Counted from the stretch's first letter, positions 12,684-28,103 are shown. The stretch is DNA of 64,000 bases from Octopus bimaculoides (GCF_001194135.2 NC_068982.1:156108082-156172081), one strand, 5' to 3'. Notes: generated by a model from the letters alone, not told the origin. Numbers and translations are program-made.

Positions 12684-12912
12684 GATGAGTTGGCAGAATC
12701 ATTAGCACACCGGGCAAAATGTTTAGAGGCGTTTCGTCCGTCTTTACATTCTGACGTAACGAGTTCAAATTCCGCCGAGGTTGACTTTGCCTTTCATCCT
12801 TTGGAGGCGGATGAATTAAGTACCAGTTGAATATTGGGGGTCGATGTAATCGGCTTAGCCCTACCCCCGAAATTGCTGACCTTGCGCCAAAATTTGAAAT
12901 CAATATCACTAT
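12684..12912 (+). mobile_element. tRNA-derived SINE family A
   Basis: GAGTTGGCAGAATCATTAGCAC...GAGTTCAAATTCCGCCGAGGTTGACTTTGCCTTTCATCC... Confidence 0.9.
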
Positions 12913-13207
12913 TCCCTGTCATTACGGTTTGAGTGATGACGACAACTACAACAACTGTAACAATAGCAACATCGATAACTGCATCGACATCAGCAACAGA
13001 AATAACAACTGAAATAATCCAGTATTACTCAGTATTACTCAGTGTAACCCTAATCCAGTATTACTCAGTATAACGAAAGTCACAACGAGACGATGACGGC
13101 AACAACAACCAACATGAAAGAACGGCTACAATTATAACAGTGGTTGTTATAACAACGGCTACGACACCAAGAGCGCAAGGCCCAACAATAAAGCAACAAC
13201 TGCAATT

Positions 13208-13909
13208 AATCCTTTCTACTATAGGCACAAGGCCTGGAATCTGGGGGCAGGGGCTTAATCGATTACATCGACCCCAGTACACAATTACTACTTAATTTAT
13301 CGACCCCGAAGGGTTGAAAGGCAAAGTCGAACTCGGCGAAATCTGAGCTCAGAATCTAAAGATGGTCGAAATGTTGACAAGTATTTTGCCCGGTGTGCTA
13401 ACGATTCTTATTTCTTTATTGCCCACAAAGGGCTAAACATAGAGTGGGCAAAGAAGGACAGACAAAGGGATTAAGTCGATTAGATCGACCCAGTGTATAA
13501 CTGGTATTTAATTTATCGACCCTGAAAGGATGAAATGCAAAATCGACCTCGGCGGAATTTGAACTCAGAACGTAAAGACAGACGAAATACCGCTAAGCAT
13601 TTCGCCCGGTATGCTAATGATTCTGCTAGCTCGCTGCCTATAATCCCTTCTACTAAAGGCACAAGGCCTGAAATTCGGGAGAAGGGGATTAGTCAATTAC
13701 ATCAATTCCAGTGTTTCACTGGTACTTAATTTATCAAACCCGAAAGGATGAAAGGCAAAGTCGACCTCGGCGGAATTTGAACTCAGAACGTAAAGACAGA
13801 CGAANNNNNNNNNNACCTCGGCGGAATTTGAACTCAGAACGTAAAGACAGACGAAATACCGCTAAGCATTTCGCCCGGCGTGCTAACGATTCTGCCAGCT
13901 CACCGCCTT
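13208..13909 (-). mobile_element. Three head-to-tail family A SINEs (13208-13408, 13409-13639, 13640-13909)
   Basis: Three consecutive reverse-complement copies with two different tails; the last spans an 11-N gap with duplicated flanks. Confidence 0.9.
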
Positions 13910-14139
13910 GACAACTGCAATTAATACGATCACAAGCTGGATACAACAATCGCAGCAATAATCATGCAAGACTTAACAACTAAGATTGTGACTACTACAG
14001 TGTCAAGGAGGCCACCACAGCAACCACAGCGACAGCATTAAGAGGCGAAACAATGCCTCGATGATAAATACGAATGGATGATTGACGGCGTTTGAAGTTT
14101 CACCTGTGAATTTGACGGATATGCAAGGTTGATGATGTT

Positions 14140-14271
14140 TATGAAGATTGTGGTGTCGATGGTGATGGTGATTTTGAGGAGGAGTGGAGGAGAATGAGAG
14201 GGGTGGGAGTAGGAGGAAAGGGAATTTATGATGTAAGGGCAATGATGATGACGACGTGGGCGTTGAGGCAT

Positions 14272-14308
<37 letters not shown>

Positions 14309-14540
14309 GGAGGAGGAGGAGGAGGATGTTGATGATAGTAATCTTGACGATGACGGTGGTCATGATGGAGGTGGGGATGATGACGAAGATGATATTGATG
14401 ATGATGATGATGAGGATGATGATGATGATGATGTTGATGATTATGTTGGATTGATGCATCTTCTGATGAATAAGGGAGAATCTCAGTAACAAAATTTAAG
14501 AAAAAAATAACACGAAGCAGAAGGTAACAAAATAAGAGAG

Positions 14541-14589
<49 letters not shown>

Positions 14590-14628
14590 CATGCAGCAGC
14601 AGCAGCAACAGCAACAGCAGTAGTAGTA

Positions 14629-14660
<32 letters not shown>

Positions 14661-14850
14661 GGCAGAAGCAGCAGCAGCCGTAGTAGTAGTAGTAGGAGGA
14701 GGAGGAGGAGGAGAAGAAGGAGGTAGAGGACAGGAGGAGGAGGAGGAGGAGGCAGAGGAGAAGAAGGAGAGGAAGGAGAGGATGACGAAGGATAATAAGA
14801 AGTGCAATGAAAAGAAGAATAAGAAGAGAAAGAAAAAGAAATGCAAAATC
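14140..14850. repeat. Long compound trinucleotide tract (GAT/GAG/TAG/CAG/GGA/AAG)n
   Basis: Successive blocks of different triplets; explains the homopolymer ORFs at 14.0-14.9 kb. Confidence 0.95.
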
Positions 14851-15127
14851 CAAGTGAAAAGCACAAAGAGATAAAGTGTGTGCATGTGTATGTATATGTA
14901 AGTGTGAATGCATTTATACATACGCATGTGTATGTGAGAATACGCATATGTGAGTATGCGTGTCTGTGTCTATGTATGTGCGTGTGTGTGTGTGTGTATC
15001 TGTCATTAATTAATGGGGAGATAATTGACGTGTTAATATCGATTTTTTTCCGAAAAAAGACAAAAGATGTGAAGATGAGGTAAAATATCGAATTAATGAA
15101 ATTGTTGCTGCATTAGTTGTTTTTTTT

Positions 15128-15290
15128 TAGCCCTAGGTCAGTCCTGATTGAACCAACCTATGATCAAAAGCTTTTCAGCCGTGGCAGGTAACATGTATCT
15201 CATACTTCAGTATACTCCGAGGTGTCACTTTTAAGACGATACACAAGTTTTAATAGAAGTTTGGCTGTTATTTCTAGCTGGTCAAAACTC
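15128..15290 (+). mobile_element. Old dispersed repeat family E
   Basis: Motifs CCTATGATCAAA...CAGCCGTG and (GA)TTTGGCTGTTATTTCTAGC recur at about 15.8-15.96 kb (+), 20.2 kb (-), 44.0-44.2 kb (+) and 62.3-62.5 kb (-). Confidence 0.6.
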
Positions 15291-18200
15291 GTAGGGTTTT
15301 ATTTTGTTTTGCGTTTCGTTGTTGTTGATTAGTACGAGGTAGGTTATAATTGATTACTGTCGGGTTCTCCGTCAGCTTCGAGGATGAGCAAACGCAAAAC
15401 TGTTCGGTCAGCTGAACTCCTACTAGTAAAATTATGTAAACGGTTGAATATTCCACGGACACCGTAATTATCAGACCTAATCAGCGCGTCAAAGTCAGGG
15501 ACAAAGCTGGATCGCTGGGTTACAATTACAATCTACGAAGAAAGAGAGAAAGGGAGAGAGAGAGGGAGAGAGAGAGAGAGGGAGAGGGAGAGGGAGAGAG
15601 AGTGACAGAGAGAGAGAGAATAGGAAACATACAGAGAAAGAGCGAGAACAAAACCAGCAATTTATTTGTCGACCTGAAAAGGTATAATTCAAATCTAACC
15701 CGGATGAGATTTGAACCTAGAGCACAAAGATCTAGAACGAATACCGCAAGGTATAGTATCCGTCCTACTAACGATTTCACTAATTAACCGCAAGTGGCTG
15801 GTTGACAAAACCTATAATCAAAGGTGATTCTAACAATGACGATCATGCCGCCATTTCTCCTGGATTAATCTACTCTGGACAAAAATTATCTTATGTGGCT
15901 TTTAAAAGACGGTAGGGTGTTGTTTGAAGTAGATTTAACTGTTATTTCTAGCCGGCTCTAGAGGCACACCCGTGAAGGTGATGGTATCATTAACACCAAC
16001 ATCGTCAGCGATGGTGACATACTTGCCTTAATGGAATTTCCATCTAGCAGGATGTGTTGAGAACATTTCCGGTTGGCAGTATTGGTCACATCTTATTACT
16101 GCATTATTGACGATGCTGCTACTGCTGCTGCTGCCGTTGCTCTCCGGCACCCGTATACGCTTCCTTCTGTTTGAATAGTGGATATATATAGTTATATACA
16201 TATACACATACATATACACATACATATACGTATATATGTGCATATGTATGTATATACGTGCACACACATATGNNNNNNNNNNNNNNNNNNNNNNNNNNNN
16301 NNNNNNNNNNNNNNNNNNNNNNNNNNNNNNNNNNNNNNNNNNNNNNNNNNNNNNNNNNNNNNNNNNNNNNNNNNNNNNNNNNNNNNNNNNNNNNNNNNNN
16401 NNNNNNNNNNNNNNNNNNNNNNNNNNNNNNNNNNNNNNNNNNNNNNNNNNNNNNNNNNNNNNNNNNNNNNNNNNNNNNNNNNNNNNNNNNNNNNNNNNNN
16501 NNNNNNNNNNNNNNNNNNNNNNNNNNNNNNNNNNNNNNNNNNNNNNNNNNNNNNNNNNNNNNNNNNNNNNNNNNNNNNNNNNNNNNNNNNNNNNATATAT
16601 ATATATATATATATATACATACATATATATATAAATGTATACATGCATCTACAATTATATATATGCATATAAATACATATATATATATATATGTATGCAT
16701 GTATGTAAGTGTGTGTATATATGCGTGTGTGTATTATATGTGTGTGTGCGTGTGTGTGTGTATTTATAACGGTTCGTTCATATACTATTATGGAGCCCGC
16801 ATAGTTTCGTCAGTGAATGTCTAACGGTCTATCTATATTTCTAGACATCTCTCCATCTATCTGTTTCTCACAGACATGTGCTCACATTCGTATGCGTGTA
16901 CGAACATACATAGAACCCTCTACATAAAAATGTACGTATATAGACACTCTACACGTATGAGCGCGTATGATCGTCCGATTCTGTTTATGTAAACAATTGT
17001 ATGCGTGTGCGTGCAGTTTCGGCCGGTGACGCTCGAGACTGCTCCAATCTGGCCGGTCCTAGAAATCTCGATGTCCGAGATATATTCGCCCCCCCCCTAT
17101 GCGGCGTCTAGGAAATGTGTCTTATAGCTTAGTTTCTGATCGGCACAGCTCTTGCAATTGAAATTGGGTAGATTGTAAATCTGTGCAACCGTAAAAGAAG
17201 GATTGCGCACCTAATTTAACGTTCTATTTATTCTTAACACATTCATTGACTTACTAGAATTGCACTATATACATATACATACATAATATACATACACACA
17301 CACACACGCTCACGCACACGCACGCACACACACACTGCCGTCTCCTTGTGCTTCCTCGTTGTCAGCGGCATTCCGTCCGTGACCTCTCCAACGTTTATTC
17401 AGTCTCGTTGTTGATCTGCATTGTTTGAAGTATACGTGATAGACACTTCCATCTGGTAAGGTTTGCACAGGTCGCCTCTTTTCCATCACAATTGGACGTT
17501 CAGTAGGTGAAACGACAAATGAAGTCACGATAAAGAGACATATGTGCGTCTCTGGATTATAGTGATAAACGCTTGTACAGCACAAGTACCACTATATGAG
17601 TCTCTGTGATTATTAACTAGTAATATGCCGAAATGAGACGACCACTAATCACAGGAAACCGTAGGATTTACATCAGAGTATGCCTCCCATAGAAGGATGC
17701 TGTTGCAACATCTAGGATGGTTTTACTGTGCCACTTGATACCAATCGAATGTATTTCTGCGTCATTCTGCGGCCGCATGCTCAGATGGATTGTCATCACA
17801 TATGCTAGTTAACCCATAACTGGGGCCCTGAGTGATGCTACTAGTCTGGGTCAAAGCAGATCCGGGAACAATAGTGCTTTAGAAGTGGCTCCCCACTCCT
17901 CGAAAAGCTGGAAATCTCGAAAGAGCGACACTACTAGGTGAGCTTAAAGTCATACCTAGGATACGTACGTACATACATACATACATACATACATACATAC
18001 ATACATACAAATATACATGCATATATACATACATATATGCTAAAGAGTGTAAAAAAACAAACGAGGTAAAGATGACATTTCTTTCAAAGCTAAACTTAAT
18101 ACATCTTACTTTTATCGTCAAGTGTTTTTGTATGTGATATGAGTTATGTAAAGCATTAAGCTTAGCTTTGAAACATATGTAGTCTTTATTCACCTTTTCA

Positions 18201-18459
18201 ATACTTTATTCTCCTTAATTTATATTTGACTAATTAGCAAGTTTATTTGATGTATCGTGAGCTGTCAGCTTATTGAAATTTCCATCTATTTCGACATAGG
18301 ACGAAATGTATGATATAAGCCAGTTCTTTCTTTGTATACTATCGGTTTCTTGTCATCTATACAAGGTGTATACATGCGTAATGCTTACAAACTTCCTGTG
18401 CTGGATCTTTTCGGATCGAACTACTCCCTAATTACATGCGCGCGTGTGCACACACACAC

Positions 18460-18487
18460 ATACACACACTCAGGTACACATGTATAT

Positions 18488-18560
<73 letters not shown>

Positions 18561-18698
18561 CATATACACACGCATATATATATATATATGTTTATATATG
18601 TATATATATATTTATATATATACACACACACACATATATACATACGTATATGGAAACCCGCACACAATTTTGCACACACACATATATGTGCATATATA

Positions 18699-18784
<86 letters not shown>

Positions 18785-18810
18785 GTGTGTGCGTGTGTGT
18801 GTATGCGTAC
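18460..18810. repeat. (CA)n/(TA)n/(TG)n microsatellite cluster
   Basis: Direct dinucleotide repeats. Confidence 0.95.
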
Positions 18811-19619
18811 ATATATACTCATACTCTGAAGCAAACACACACGTATATAGCCATAAATATTGTAAGACAAAAAGGTGGAGAGGGGGTGGAGAGAAAGAAA
18901 TTGGCCAGAACATAATCTATACACGTATACACGTGTCAGTTAGTAAGATGAGGGTGTTAATCCTTTACCTAGAACTTCTCTTCACACCACCCTTTCAGGC
19001 TTTTTCTCCAATTAACCCGTAGAGTATTGTGAAGCTGCTATTATAGCGAAAACATTCTGAAACTACACAAGAACAGCAACAACAACAATAATAACATCAT
19101 CAACAACAACAACAACAACAACAATAACAAGAGAAAAAGGAGCAATAATATGCGTCTTATAATAGGTAAGCAAAATATTATTTCGTACTTTTTTCTCTCT
19201 GCCAAGTTTTTTGCATTTTGCTTGTTCAATTTTCTGTTGAAGGGCGTTATATAACAATATGCTTAAAGCAGGCATATTTTCATATAACGCTGATGTTGTT
19301 TAACCTTAGGTCGTTGTGGTCAAAAACTAGTTGTTTTACTTATTTTTTGTCTATTATTACCATTTCTGTCAAGGTATATAAAACACTATTTCGCTTTCGC
19401 GTTTGGTTTCGAGCAACATTTTAATGTGAATTTGTGTGTTGACACAAATTTACTTATACCTCGGGAGGGTCATATGTCAATAATAAACACACGCACTGGT
19501 TGTACTTCACTTCTTTCATTTTTATTAGTCAGTTGTTTAATAATTTAACCAACGAGACAGACCTGAATCAGACCTGGAGTTGAATGCATTTCCTTGAGGA
19601 GGCCGTGAATAGCGACAAG

Positions 19620-19705
19620 TGGAATTTGAACTGAGAGCATAAAGACAGACGAAATATCGCTAAGCATTTCGCCCGGCGTGCTAACGTTTCTGCCAGCTCA
19701 CCGTC

Positions 19706-19782
<77 letters not shown>

Positions 19783-19830
19783 CCTTACTACTGGAAGCAC
19801 AAGGCCCTAAATTCGGAGGAAGGGATTAAG
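19620..19830 (-). mobile_element. Family A SINE head (19620-19708) and a separate tail fragment (19782-19830) around an (AAT)n run
   Basis: Matches the family A consensus; (AAT)n lies at 19708-19781. Confidence 0.8.
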
Positions 19831-21158
19831 GGATGCGTACAGCCACGTAGCCAACCGATTTCAGCTGGGGGTGCTATCTTGATAGCTGGGGGTGCTAAAC
19901 AGGGGTACGGACAAAAGACCCTACTCAAAGTGTGAAAGTGGACAAAAGGCCCATGCTTATATTTTTCGGTTATTTTTTCCGTTTTTTTTTTTTTTACATT
20001 TCTTGACGCCTAACCTGGTCAAAACTTCTGATATATTTCATTTTTATTTTCATTTTACCTGTTGCAATCCTTAAACTAAGGCCATGCTGGGGCATCACCT
20101 CGAAGAATTTTTAGTCGAATGTATCGACTCCAATATTTTTTTTAATGATTTTCAACAAGCACATAGTTAAACCTAAAAGGTCTTTCTACATGCTAGAGAT
20201 AACAGCCAAATCTTTAAACATTATTTTTATATAATTTCAAATAAACATCGACCACGAGGCTGACAGTGTGTCTTCTCAACAATTCAATGATTTCGTTTTG
20301 AATTGCTGCTTTTCTCTCTTTTACAAATTATCATTTCTAGATAAAACAAAAACATCCAATAAAAAAAAAGACAACTACAAGAGAAAACAACAGCAACAAT
20401 AACATTGAATCCACCATTCACGTCACTTTAATGAAAAGTTCTGTCCATTGGAACTATATTTTAAAGATTTCCGTAAGCGGACAAAGAGAAAGAGTTTGGT
20501 CTCTTATGTGAAATATATGGAAGAAGGAAGAACTTTCTGTTTGCTTACTTGATAATTCTACTAATCAATGGAACAATGGGAAATATACGCCTATGAAACA
20601 AAGAATGAGGTTAAGTTGGCATCAGTTCAATATTGAATTTGTTTGACTCAGAAATTGGCTTGTATAATAATAAATAAATAGGATGGAGAGAATTCAATAA
20701 AGTGAACAAATACATCAGTGATTTTTAAACCCTTCGTGAATTGAACATGAATTACGTGTATGGAACGTATACATTTGGAAGTTAAATATCGAATGTTGTC
20801 TGGTTAAATGGCATTGTCTTTACGAAAGGGTATACAATGTGCAGCCTAAGTGAATTATTGATAATGTTGGATGACATTTGTCGTGTTTTCTCAAATAGGG
20901 AATAAGTTTACGTAAATATTTCACAGGAAATATGGACGTATGCCCAGGTCCGGATCAATGCAGCTTTACAGTAATTACAAACTGCTGGATTATATAGTTT
21001 TCGTAGCCGAAAGTCGATAAAGTTCGTTTTGATTTATTCAGTATCCTTCAGATGAAAGTTTCTCAGCCTGATTCTCTTCCAGTTATTAATTACTGCTTAA
21101 AATAGAAACACAATGATGATGAAGACGGTAATGATAATAATAATAATAATAATAATAG

Positions 21159-21374
21159 TCCTTTCTATTGTAGGCACAAGGCCTGAAATTTTTTGGGAAG
21201 GGACTAGTCGATTACATCCAACCCCTGTCTTTCACTGGTTACTTAGTTCATTGACCCCGAAAGGATGAAAGGCAAAGTCGACCACGGCGGAATTTGAACT
21301 CAGGACGCAGCGACGGGCGAAATATTACTATGCATTTCGTCCAGCGTGCTAACGATTCTGCCAGATCGCCGCCT
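21159..21374 (-). mobile_element. tRNA-derived SINE family A
   Basis: Full-length reverse-complement copy flanked by (AAT)n on both sides. Confidence 0.9.
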
Positions 21375-21376
21375 CC

Positions 21377-22400
<1,024 letters not shown>

Positions 22401-23879
22401 TATCTTCTGTTTGTTGTCCTCAGACAAATCAGAGTCTCAGAGTTGTCATGTTGTTTCAAAACAAAGAAGAGGAAAAGAAATAGGTTACTCATCATTTGGT
22501 GGTCTCGGAGACCGAGCGATTCGGTCCCCCACAACAACAACAATAACAATAATAAAGCAGAATAAAACCAAATAAAGGGCTGTTCACTACTACATAGATG
22601 AAGGGAGAAAGTTAACTATAGTTTATGAAGAATTCACTTGAGATTTTAAGCACATCTCTCTTTCGATAAAACTGCTTTATCGCAGCTGACGCTTCGCAGA
22701 ATCCAGATATAACTGCGGTCTTATTTCTAACTAAATAAATCTAACAAAAGAAAGAAAAAAAAACACAGAAACATCAACAATGTAGAACGATGTAACAGCT
22801 AAAGAAAAATAATCGAACTCACGAAATAAGACATGAGCATATAACCTCTGATATTGAAGATTATCTCTATGACCACTCAGTCATTCCGTTTTCAAGTGGT
22901 AATGAATATTAAAATGACCTATTCCCGAGAAGAAAAGAAAAAGAGATGAGAAAATGTAAGGATTAGACATTGAAATATTATTTCGTTATTTCTCTTCGTC
23001 TTTCCTTCTCTTTTCCCCCTTTGCTTATTCCTTTCCTCTTCCTCTCCTCACGTCTCAATTTCATCAAGTTAATCTATTTACAATATCTTCATTTCCGGCT
23101 CTTCATATCATTCCTTGCTGACTGTTTTCTTTTTCTTTTAATAGAATTCTTTTTCGTTTTTGTTTCTTTGGTTTATTTCATATATCGGGTCAAAATAAAT
23201 CCAAAGTGTATTTTTTTCTCGAGGTATCGCATGGGAAGATATTGTCAATCCCCCGAACTGTGAGTCCCAGCGTGAATTATCACAACTAAAATTCTGTTCA
23301 TTGATCTTTAGCTTAATACACTGTCCGTCACGTGTGATGTGCAAGCTTAATGTCTCAAGGAGGGTGGCAATGCAGGAAAATGGACGTTGTTACCCAGGAG
23401 GAAAGGCAACTGCTTTGTGCGTCATTAACAAAAGCCGACGAGTCTGGAGGCGTGGTTTGTGATGTATGGTGGTAGCTAGTGGAATCCATCAAGCCAGTTA
23501 CCTTGAGCAAGGAACATGCTGGTATTATAATATTCAGTAAAGGTTCTAGAGATTTTAGTAAATTCTGAACTGTTCCGTTTATCAGTTGATGAAAGAGATA
23601 TGCTTTCTATGATTCAGTATCTTAATTTAGCATCAAAACAAATGACCAATATATCATACGATTTTTATTAAGGAAAGGAGCATTGAGGTTTGAACAAAAT
23701 AAATATTAGGCCGTCAGCAGAGACTTTATAGCTTCTTTGGAGATAAATCATTTCAAGCTTTTTCTCTTAAGGAATATACATGTAGTTTCTGTAATAGATG
23801 ATGGTCTTTTTCTTTACGACGTATTTACAATAAACATGATGAAACACGTTTGATATTTATTTGGAAGTCTGTATCTGTT

Positions 23880-23930
<51 letters not shown>

Positions 23931-24060
23931 GTCTATCCATCCATCTATCTATCTGTCTGTCTGTCTGCTGTCTGTCTGTCTGTCTGTCTGCTGTCTGTCT
24001 GTCTGTCTGTCTATGTCTGTCTGTTAGTTTGTCTGTCTGTTAGTTTGTCTGTCTGTTTTC
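23880..24060. repeat. (TATC)n/(TGTC)n microsatellite
   Basis: Direct tandem repeats. Confidence 0.95.
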
Positions 24061-24287
24061 TATCTAACTACACGTCAATCTGTACATAAACATCTTGCAT
24101 ATATAAGCATTTCCTTAGACCTATAAGTTTGTATATATGCGTTTTATATATACATGTGCACCACTTAATCAATTCTCTATATGTATATTATATGTAAGAG
24201 TATATAATTCTATTTTTAGCAGTCTACATGCATAACTTTTTTTATCTATGCATACATATGTACATACACATATTCTATACATCAGTT

Positions 24288-24338
<51 letters not shown>

Positions 24339-24389
24339 TCACACACACATACATACACACATACATGCATACATACATATACACATACA

Positions 24390-24423
<34 letters not shown>

Positions 24424-26504
24424 CATACACATATACATACATACAGCTATGTATCTTTTTCCATATATAATATCTAATAAATAATTAGAAATACATTTAC
24501 CGACATACGCATATACAAGGGAACGAATGCACTTCTAAAGAGAAACTCATATACACGCATACACAATCATCATGTTCATACTGATAAGTAACCAGACACA
24601 CAAACAGATGCATTCATTCACTAACAAAGCATGACTTTATCCCATCTGTATAGGTGTACCTCTATATACTTCCGTGCATTTACGCATAAACACTTAAGGA
24701 GATGGTTCCCTGTCAGTTTCGATGATGAGTATTCAGTTGTTTGATCAACTGAACTACATGTTCATTAGAATAAGAGTCTAAATGGCTAGGTATTCTACAG
24801 ATATGTGTGTGCTTAGCGTGACTCAATGTTTGACAGAGCTGGGCTTTTTTTTAAAGGTACAATCTATAAGACGGGTTTTCAAACAGTTTCTGCCAATCTA
24901 ATTTCACTCACAAAGCTTGGGCCGATCTGAAACTATGTTGAATCTCACTTGCCCACCATGTCACTCAGTGATGAATCCTACATCGAAAGTACCATCAGAC
25001 AATACATATATGGGTTAAAGAACATATTTATGTTGACGCTTCTTCCATCAAAAATCACCCACGGAAATGTTACGCCCAAAGAAACCTTTCATATATACAC
25101 AGTACAACTGAGAGAAGTCTGTTCATAACACTCTATTTGAATCACTGGTACCAATCATAACCTTGTACCTGGCTTAAACACTCGATGATACAGGCTTTTG
25201 CAATATTAGCAAAGAAGTCTTCGTAAATTTAAAGTAGAATTTGACGCAATCTCGCAGCTCTTCCAAATTCTTCATTTTAAAACTTGGGAATAATCGCAAA
25301 GTGCATTAAATATAGCTTTACTTTAGTTGAGTACAACGATGACCGAACATAAAAAGACATAGATTTAGTACTGATAGATATGACTAAATAGTTTAAACAG
25401 TGTAAAATAACGCGTAGCATGTGTACACTTGATTCTAGACACAAAGCTTGTTTCCGATCAGTAAATCCCTTGTAAACAAGTGGAATTTTGGCAGATTGAT
25501 TAGCAAATGTTCGCAAAAATCCTGACAATAAAATTGCATGCGAAAAGCTTTCGTTTTGTTTTTGAGAGATAACGGCATCACATCTCTGTCCAGTTATCAT
25601 TGATTTGGATCGTATAAAAGGTCCCAGGTCTGAAGACACGACCAGAGGCAGAGAGGTAGATTGGGGAACAGAGGACAGGCACAGTCATGAGTTTAGCGAT
25701 GTTCAAATTCAGCTGGTGTTTAACAGTTTTGTCAACATGAAGATCTTTCAAAAGTACTATTTACACTAACACTAGCACAAACTACTTTCACAGGAATACT
25801 CTTACTTCACTCTGAACACATCCTACTACTATAAAAAGAACTCTCTGAGTAATTCTTTTGTTTTCCAATGGACCGTGGCGTCCGATACAATAATCTGACG
25901 ATAAACATATAATTAACTGAAAACGAGCGACTACTTTTCTCATCCATCTACTCTGCCCTCGTTCATGCGGTAACGTATATGTATTCCCTGTTGTTACACC
26001 TCCAACTTCATTATACCTAAATGTATGTGAGAATACTGAAACCGCACATTAACCTATACGTTTTAAAGCTGTTCATATTTTATAATACCAATTAAGTTTA
26101 TGCTAACATCTAGTTAAACTAATTAAATGTTAATTTAAGGGAACTACAGAATTATCTCCTGTGTTCCGGTGGTATAAATGTATTCGAGACAATGACTGTT
26201 GCTCTTCCATTCTTCTATAGTTTTCTTTTTCTTCTTCTTAGCTATTGATTTCGGATACCTTCTCACTGCTGAGCCCATTAAGTTAATGTAATTTAAGATT
26301 TAATGTTAGTATCAAATACCAGTTAGACAAGAGCTTACGAATATATGCTATAATTCTTGGTAGTTTTATGTTTATTTTTTTTTTTAAATCATAAGCGACC
26401 TATGCAAGAATGTGGTGTTGTGGCCTTTCGTCTTGTTCTTCGTTTTCCAATTGTATAATGCAGTCCCTCGCACGCAAATATACGCGCGTGCATGCGCACC
26501 TACG

Positions 26505-26563
<59 letters not shown>

Positions 26564-27159
26564 TTATAGCATTATCATATATATTTTTAGTTGTATCTTT
26601 TATTTCAACATATTGAATAAAGCCTGTATCAGCAAGATCCTCGCTGATAACTGCTGCTAAGATTATAAGACCTAAAAACATATTTGTTTGTCGGATACAT
26701 GTACGCACACTCTCTCTCTCTCACAGGTACACACTCATACTCATACACATACACACACTCATACACACACACGCACACGTTGTTCGACAATACAGCTTCA
26801 GCTCTTCGGCCGATTGCATTACTTGCTCCTGAAGTAACGTAGGAGTGGCTGACCATTCACATATTCCTGCACCTTAACGCAATTGTCATGCATAAACTAT
26901 GTGTCACAATATGTGGCAATAGTACATTTTACTTGAATTTCAAATAAACTCCACCTCATGACGGGCATCCGTGAAGCTTTCGTCTTCCCATTTTTATTCA
27001 GAAGGTATGGGCTATCCAAGAATAAAAAATCCGACACTTACCCAAGAACCCATGCTGAGAAATCAAACCCCAGATTTATTGGTTACGAAGCGAACTGAAC
27101 CTTTCGGACATATATACATACATGTGCATATATACATACATGTGTGGATATATATATGT

Positions 27160-27545
27160 TCTTTCATATTTTACTTGCTTCAGTCATTGGACTGTGGCCA
27201 TGCTATGGTATCGCCTTGAAATGCCTTGTCGCAAAATCGACCCCATTTCTTATTTTTTTAAAGCCTGGTACCCATTCTACCGCTCTCTTATACCGAGCGA
27301 CTAGGTTACGGGAATGTAAACACAAGAATGCCATTCGTCAAGCGGTAGTGGGGGACAAATAAAAACACAAACACAAAGATGCATTCATATCCATACATGA
27401 ACATATATACGACGGGCTTCTTTCAGTTTCTGCCCACCAAATCCACTCATAAGGATTTGGTAGACGGAAACTGAAAGAAACTTGTAGAAGACACTTGCTA
27501 AAGGTGCCAAGCAGTTTGACTGAATCCAGAACAATGTGACTGGAA

Positions 27546-27550
<5 letters not shown>
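27160..27550 (-). mobile_element. tRNA/CORE-like SINE family B with an internal fold-back inversion
   Basis: Matches the family B copy at 41999-42370; 27418-27479 is a 27-bp-arm palindrome replacing the normal segment. Confidence 0.8.
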
Positions 27551-27580
<30 letters not shown>

Positions 27581-28045
27581 NNNNNNNNNNNNNNNNNNNN
27601 NNNNNNNNNNNNNNNNNNNNNNNNNNNNNNNNNNNNNNNNNNNNNNNNNNNNNNNNNNNNNNNNNNNNNNNNNNNNNNNNNNNNNNNNNNNNNNNNNNNN
27701 NNNNNNNNNNNNNNNNNNNNNNNNNNNNNNNNNNNNNNNNNNNNNNNNNNNNNNNNNNNNNNNNNNNNNNNNNNNNNNNNNNNNNNNNNNNNNNNNNNNN
27801 NNNNNNNNNNNNNNNNNNNNNNNNNNNNNNNNNNNNNNNNNNNNNNNNNNNNNNNNNNNNNNNNNNNNNNNNNNNNNNNNNNNNNNNNNNNNNNNNNNNN
27901 NNNNNNNNNNNNNNNNNNNNNNNNNNNNNNNNNNNNNNNNNNNNNNNNNNNNNNNNNNNNNNNNNNNNNNNNNNNNNNNNNNNNNNNNNNNNNNNNNNNN
28001 NNNNNNNNNNNNNNNNNNNNNNNNNNNNNNNNNNNNNNNNNNNNN

Positions 28046-28103
<58 letters not shown>

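Noticed and set aside
13015-13075. Short repeats CAGTATTACT(C), considered as a CRISPR-like array
   Set aside because: Only a few 10-11-bp units with no spacers, in a eukaryotic context.
13771-13860. Tandem duplication of the SINE segment ACCTCGGCGG...GACGAA
   Set aside because: The copies flank an 11-N gap, a typical contig-overlap artefact.
17310-17585. 91-aa minus-strand ORF with ordinary composition
   Set aside because: No recognisable domain, weak splice sites, and it ends in a (TG)n repeat.
25277-25639. 120-aa minus-strand ORF
   Set aside because: No recognisable motif; compatible with chance or a decayed repeat.
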